64,000 nucleotides of DNA from Camelus dromedarius. Taxonomy: Eukaryota. Positions 60,901 to 64,000 of this stretch are shown piece after piece; positions within the stretch are counted from its first letter, which is position 1; every line of letters begins with the position of its first letter. The position numbers and the translations under genes were made by a program. The DNA is taken from assembly GCF_036321535.1 (NCBI RefSeq), contig NC_087436.1, forward strand, positions 121,956,001-122,020,000, given 5' to 3'. The notes under the pieces are model-generated. The model did no database searches. It worked only from the letters and a program-made list of their open reading frames with translations, and was not told the origin of the DNA.

Positions 60901-63430
60901 GTCGGGGGCTGACGCCATCCTGACTCCGGCGGGCTTGCCCCAGGCTCTGGCTGGGGCCGCCTTAGAAACCATCACCTCGTGTGCCTCCCAGAAGGCCTGG
61001 CCTGCCCTGCGTTCTCAGCTCTGCGGCTGCATTTGGGAGTCTGGCTAGGGGTGTCCCTGCCTCCCCCTCATGTGCTCAGTGGACCTCCCTGGCTATTGTT
61101 TTGGGGAGAATGATAGGAATCTGGAAGGGCTATCCTGGGCATGGGCTTCCGAGCGTCTGCCCTAACTCGGGGGCCTGTGCTGTGCCCACATGCTACTTCC
61201 TTGGGGTGGTTTTTACTGCACGCCTCCCTCACCGTTGTCACCTGTCCTCATTGCTCACTGTCATCACTGCTGCTGCGCAAGGCTGTTCCTCACCGGGTCC
61301 CTGTTACTCTGTTGTCAGGCCTGACCTCACCTCCCCGTCATGTCACTGGGTCTCACTGCTCCTGGTCTCACGTCCACTTCCTTACTGCCCACGGGCACTG
61401 TGAAAACTGGACGGGGTAGTTCCAGACAGTGCAGCGGGATCCTGTCCCATGTCTCTAGCCTCTGCTTTCCCCTGACTTGGCTTCTTGCCCACCTGGCTCC
61501 TCCTCCAGGGAGCACCTTCCTCCTTGCTGTGGCTCCTCTGCCCTTTGCCCGGGTCGGGACCCCGGGCCCGGGAATGCCCGGGATCCAGCCCTGAGCGGCT
61601 GTGGCTGCAGAGAGCAGACTGCACCGTGTTCCCCGGAGTGAGGCTCCAGCTCCCCTGGGCCCCCACGGCCGCTTTTCTTCCCTGTTTGGAGGGAGCTGTC
61701 TGAGATCCTGCTGGGGTTCCTCCAGGCTGCACCATGGGGTGCCTGCAGCTTGGGGAGGGGCAGGACGTAGCTCGCCTGAGCTTCCTCAAGCATCTGGTGA
61801 GAGGGAAGTCCTCTGTCACTTGGAAGCCTTCCCAGTGGCAACGGGCTGCACTCCTGACCTGCTCTGTCCACGCATCACTGAACCAACTTTCCCTCCAGCC
61901 GGTTGAGTCAAGGGCTGGCTGCTCGATGTCCCGGGGCAGCCCCTGCCCTGAGTGGGGCCTCACTGGTGCCCCAGGGCCACCCTGCCCACCAGCCTCCAGG
62001 GTCTGGAAGGACATGCTTCCTTTTCCAGCTCGTGATCAACCACCATGGCCTCTGGTGCTGGCTGTCAGGGCTGGGAGTGCTGGGGGGCCATCCTGAGCTG
62101 GCCCCCTCGAGGGTAAGGGGATGTGAGCCAAAGCATGCCCCCACCAACTGACCACTCAGCCAGCCGAGACTCAGAGGGGCCCTTGTCCGTTCCTATCTGC
62201 CCCATGTCTGGGGCTCCATGGGGGACCACCTTCGGGAGAGGGTGACAGGGTGGGGCTTGGTCTAACCCTGACCTCTCTCTGGCGGCTGTGTAACCCACTA
62301 GCACCCAGTTTCCTCCCCATTGGGGCATGCACTTCACTGCTGTTTCTGCCAGAGCCGCTCTGGGGCCAGGTACCAGGCACAGGCCTGGCTGCTGCAGCCA
62401 GCGTCCCCATGGCAGGTGTCCCTGCCACAGACATAGCACCGATGTCTCCCACCACAACATGCCCCTGGGAGGAAAGACAAGAGTGATTGAGTGATTTAAA
62501 AATAGAGAACTTGGAATTAATTAGACTCCTGAAAGGCAGATTAGACATAGTGACTGTCATCACGTCAGCTGTTCACAGGTCACGGGGCTGTGCGGGCTCA
62601 CGTGGGCTGAGACAGTCAAGTACCAAGTGCCAGCCTGGGTCAGGGGGCTGGGCTGGGTTCTTGGGGGTCCTGGGAGGAGTGCTGCCCTCCTCGTAGCCGG
62701 GCCTCCCTAGCAGGTGGAATCCTTGCTCACAGCCAGGTGAGCTGCTGCAGAGAGTGGGAACAGCCCAGCTGTGGCCTGGCCCGTTGGAGGCAGTGACTGC
62801 GGGCTGACCAGACACTGGGCCCCAGCACCCAGGACGGCCCCTCCTGGCCCTGCTCTCCTCGGCCCAGCCCACCCTCACGGCCCCACCCAGCGCCGGCCTT
62901 AAGGACGCTAGTTCCCATCTTCTCCCCCGAGCCTGGCACCCACGCCGCGCCCTGGACATCTCTCACTGCCCCCTGCTCCCCCACCCCTGGCTGCTGGAGT
63001 CCTCTTGCCACTCTCCCCCCAGCCTCTCGCCATGCCAGGAAGAAGCTAAACCTGACGCAGAAGCCAGGGCGGGCTGGGTGGGTGTGGGGCAGCCCCCTTA
63101 GTGAGCGCCTCCGCTGGGACCCAAGTGCAAGGCGTGTGCCCCAGGTGGCCGGCCCAGCAGGGGCCAAGGGGATGAGGGGGAAGAAGGGGAAGCTGGGGCA
63201 GGGGATCCGAGAGAGCTCTGCAGGGCAGGGGTGGAGGGTGTCTGGGAGGAAGGCTGGCATCACAGCAGGAGGGTGTGCGCACAGCGGCGACGCCCGTCTG
63301 CTGCTTTTATGTTGCTTCAAACAGCTTGACCGCAGTAGGGCTGCCATACAGCGGACTGCAGCGTGTGAGGGCGCCCGCCTCCCGCAGCCTCGCGCGTCGC
63401 AGCCTTTTCAGCTGTTCTGATGGTGTGACG

Positions 63431-63566
63431 TTTTGGGGGGGGGGTTGGTAATTAGGTTTATTTGTGCGTTATTATTTATTTACTCTTAGAGGTGGTCCTG
63501 GGGATTGAACCCGGGACCCTGTGCATGCTAAGCACGTGCTCTTCCACGTGAGCGATACCCTCCCCG
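63431..63566 (-). mobile_element. Vic-1-type SINE inserted into an L1
   Basis: gggggtt ggtaattaggtttattt...ctgggattgaacccgggaccctgtgcatgctaagcacgtgctct...gagcgataccctcccc. Confidence 0.88.
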
Positions 63567-63569
63567 CTC

Positions 63570-64000
63570 CTTGCAGTTTTAATGTGTCTTTCCTTAAGGG
63601 CTCGTGACGTTGACCATCTTTCCATGTGCTCATCTGCCGTCGGCCTGTGTTCTTCGGTGAAGTGTCTGTTCAGAACTTTTGCTGTTTCTCTTAATTGGGC
63701 TGTTTCCTTATTTAGTTTTGAGAGTTCTTTATTTATACTGTGTACAAAACTGTTACTGCATTTATGATTTGAGGTCTTTTCTCCCAGTCTGTGGCTTGTC
63801 TTTTCATTCTAACAGTAGCTTTTGAAGAACAAAATTTCTTAATTTTGATGAAATCCAATTTATCAGTTTTTTTCATGGATTGTGATTTTAGTGTCATATC
63901 TGAGAATTATTTTCATAACCTAAAGCTACAGTGGTTTTTCCTGTTTTCTTCTAGGCGTTTTATAGTTTTAGGTTTTTCATTTAGGTCTATGATTCATTGT
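63570..64000 (-). mobile_element. L1M ORF2 3' fragment, antisense, running off the window
   Basis: tcttcggtgaagtgtctgttcaga...tttcttaattttgatgaaatccaatttatc...ttttcttctagg. Confidence 0.85.

Noticed and set aside
56000..64000. ZFYVE28 exon 9 and FYVE-domain exons
   Set aside because: No matching translation or FYVE R(R/K)HHCR motif seen; presumably downstream of the window

Overview
Mammalian genomic DNA, most likely a camelid (camel/alpaca/llama), inferred from four Vic-1-type tRNA-derived SINEs. The whole window lies inside ZFYVE28 (LST2, lateral signaling target 2 homolog) on the + strand. It opens in the GC/CpG-rich start of intron 1 (the first coding exon is upstream), contains seven coding exons (canonical exons 2-8) that splice in one continuous frame with GT-AG boundaries, and ends in intron 8 (the FYVE-domain exons are downstream). 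The rest is GC-rich intron with L1, L2/MIR, MaLR LTR, hAT DNA transposon and SINE remnants, two minisatellites and an ~850-nt near G-free (CTCAC-C/T) array. I found no prokaryotic-type system, CRISPR array or second protein-coding gene; nearly all ORFs in the track are GC-content noise. The best leads are splicing and regulatory hypotheses: an 18-nt in-frame microexon candidate, a poison-exon candidate directly after the branch-point-like array, an intragenic CpG-island promoter, and apparent loss of Ser-Pro phosphosites next to a conserved TOS motif. Repeat family names and human comparisons come from memory, not from searches; repeat boundaries are approximate.
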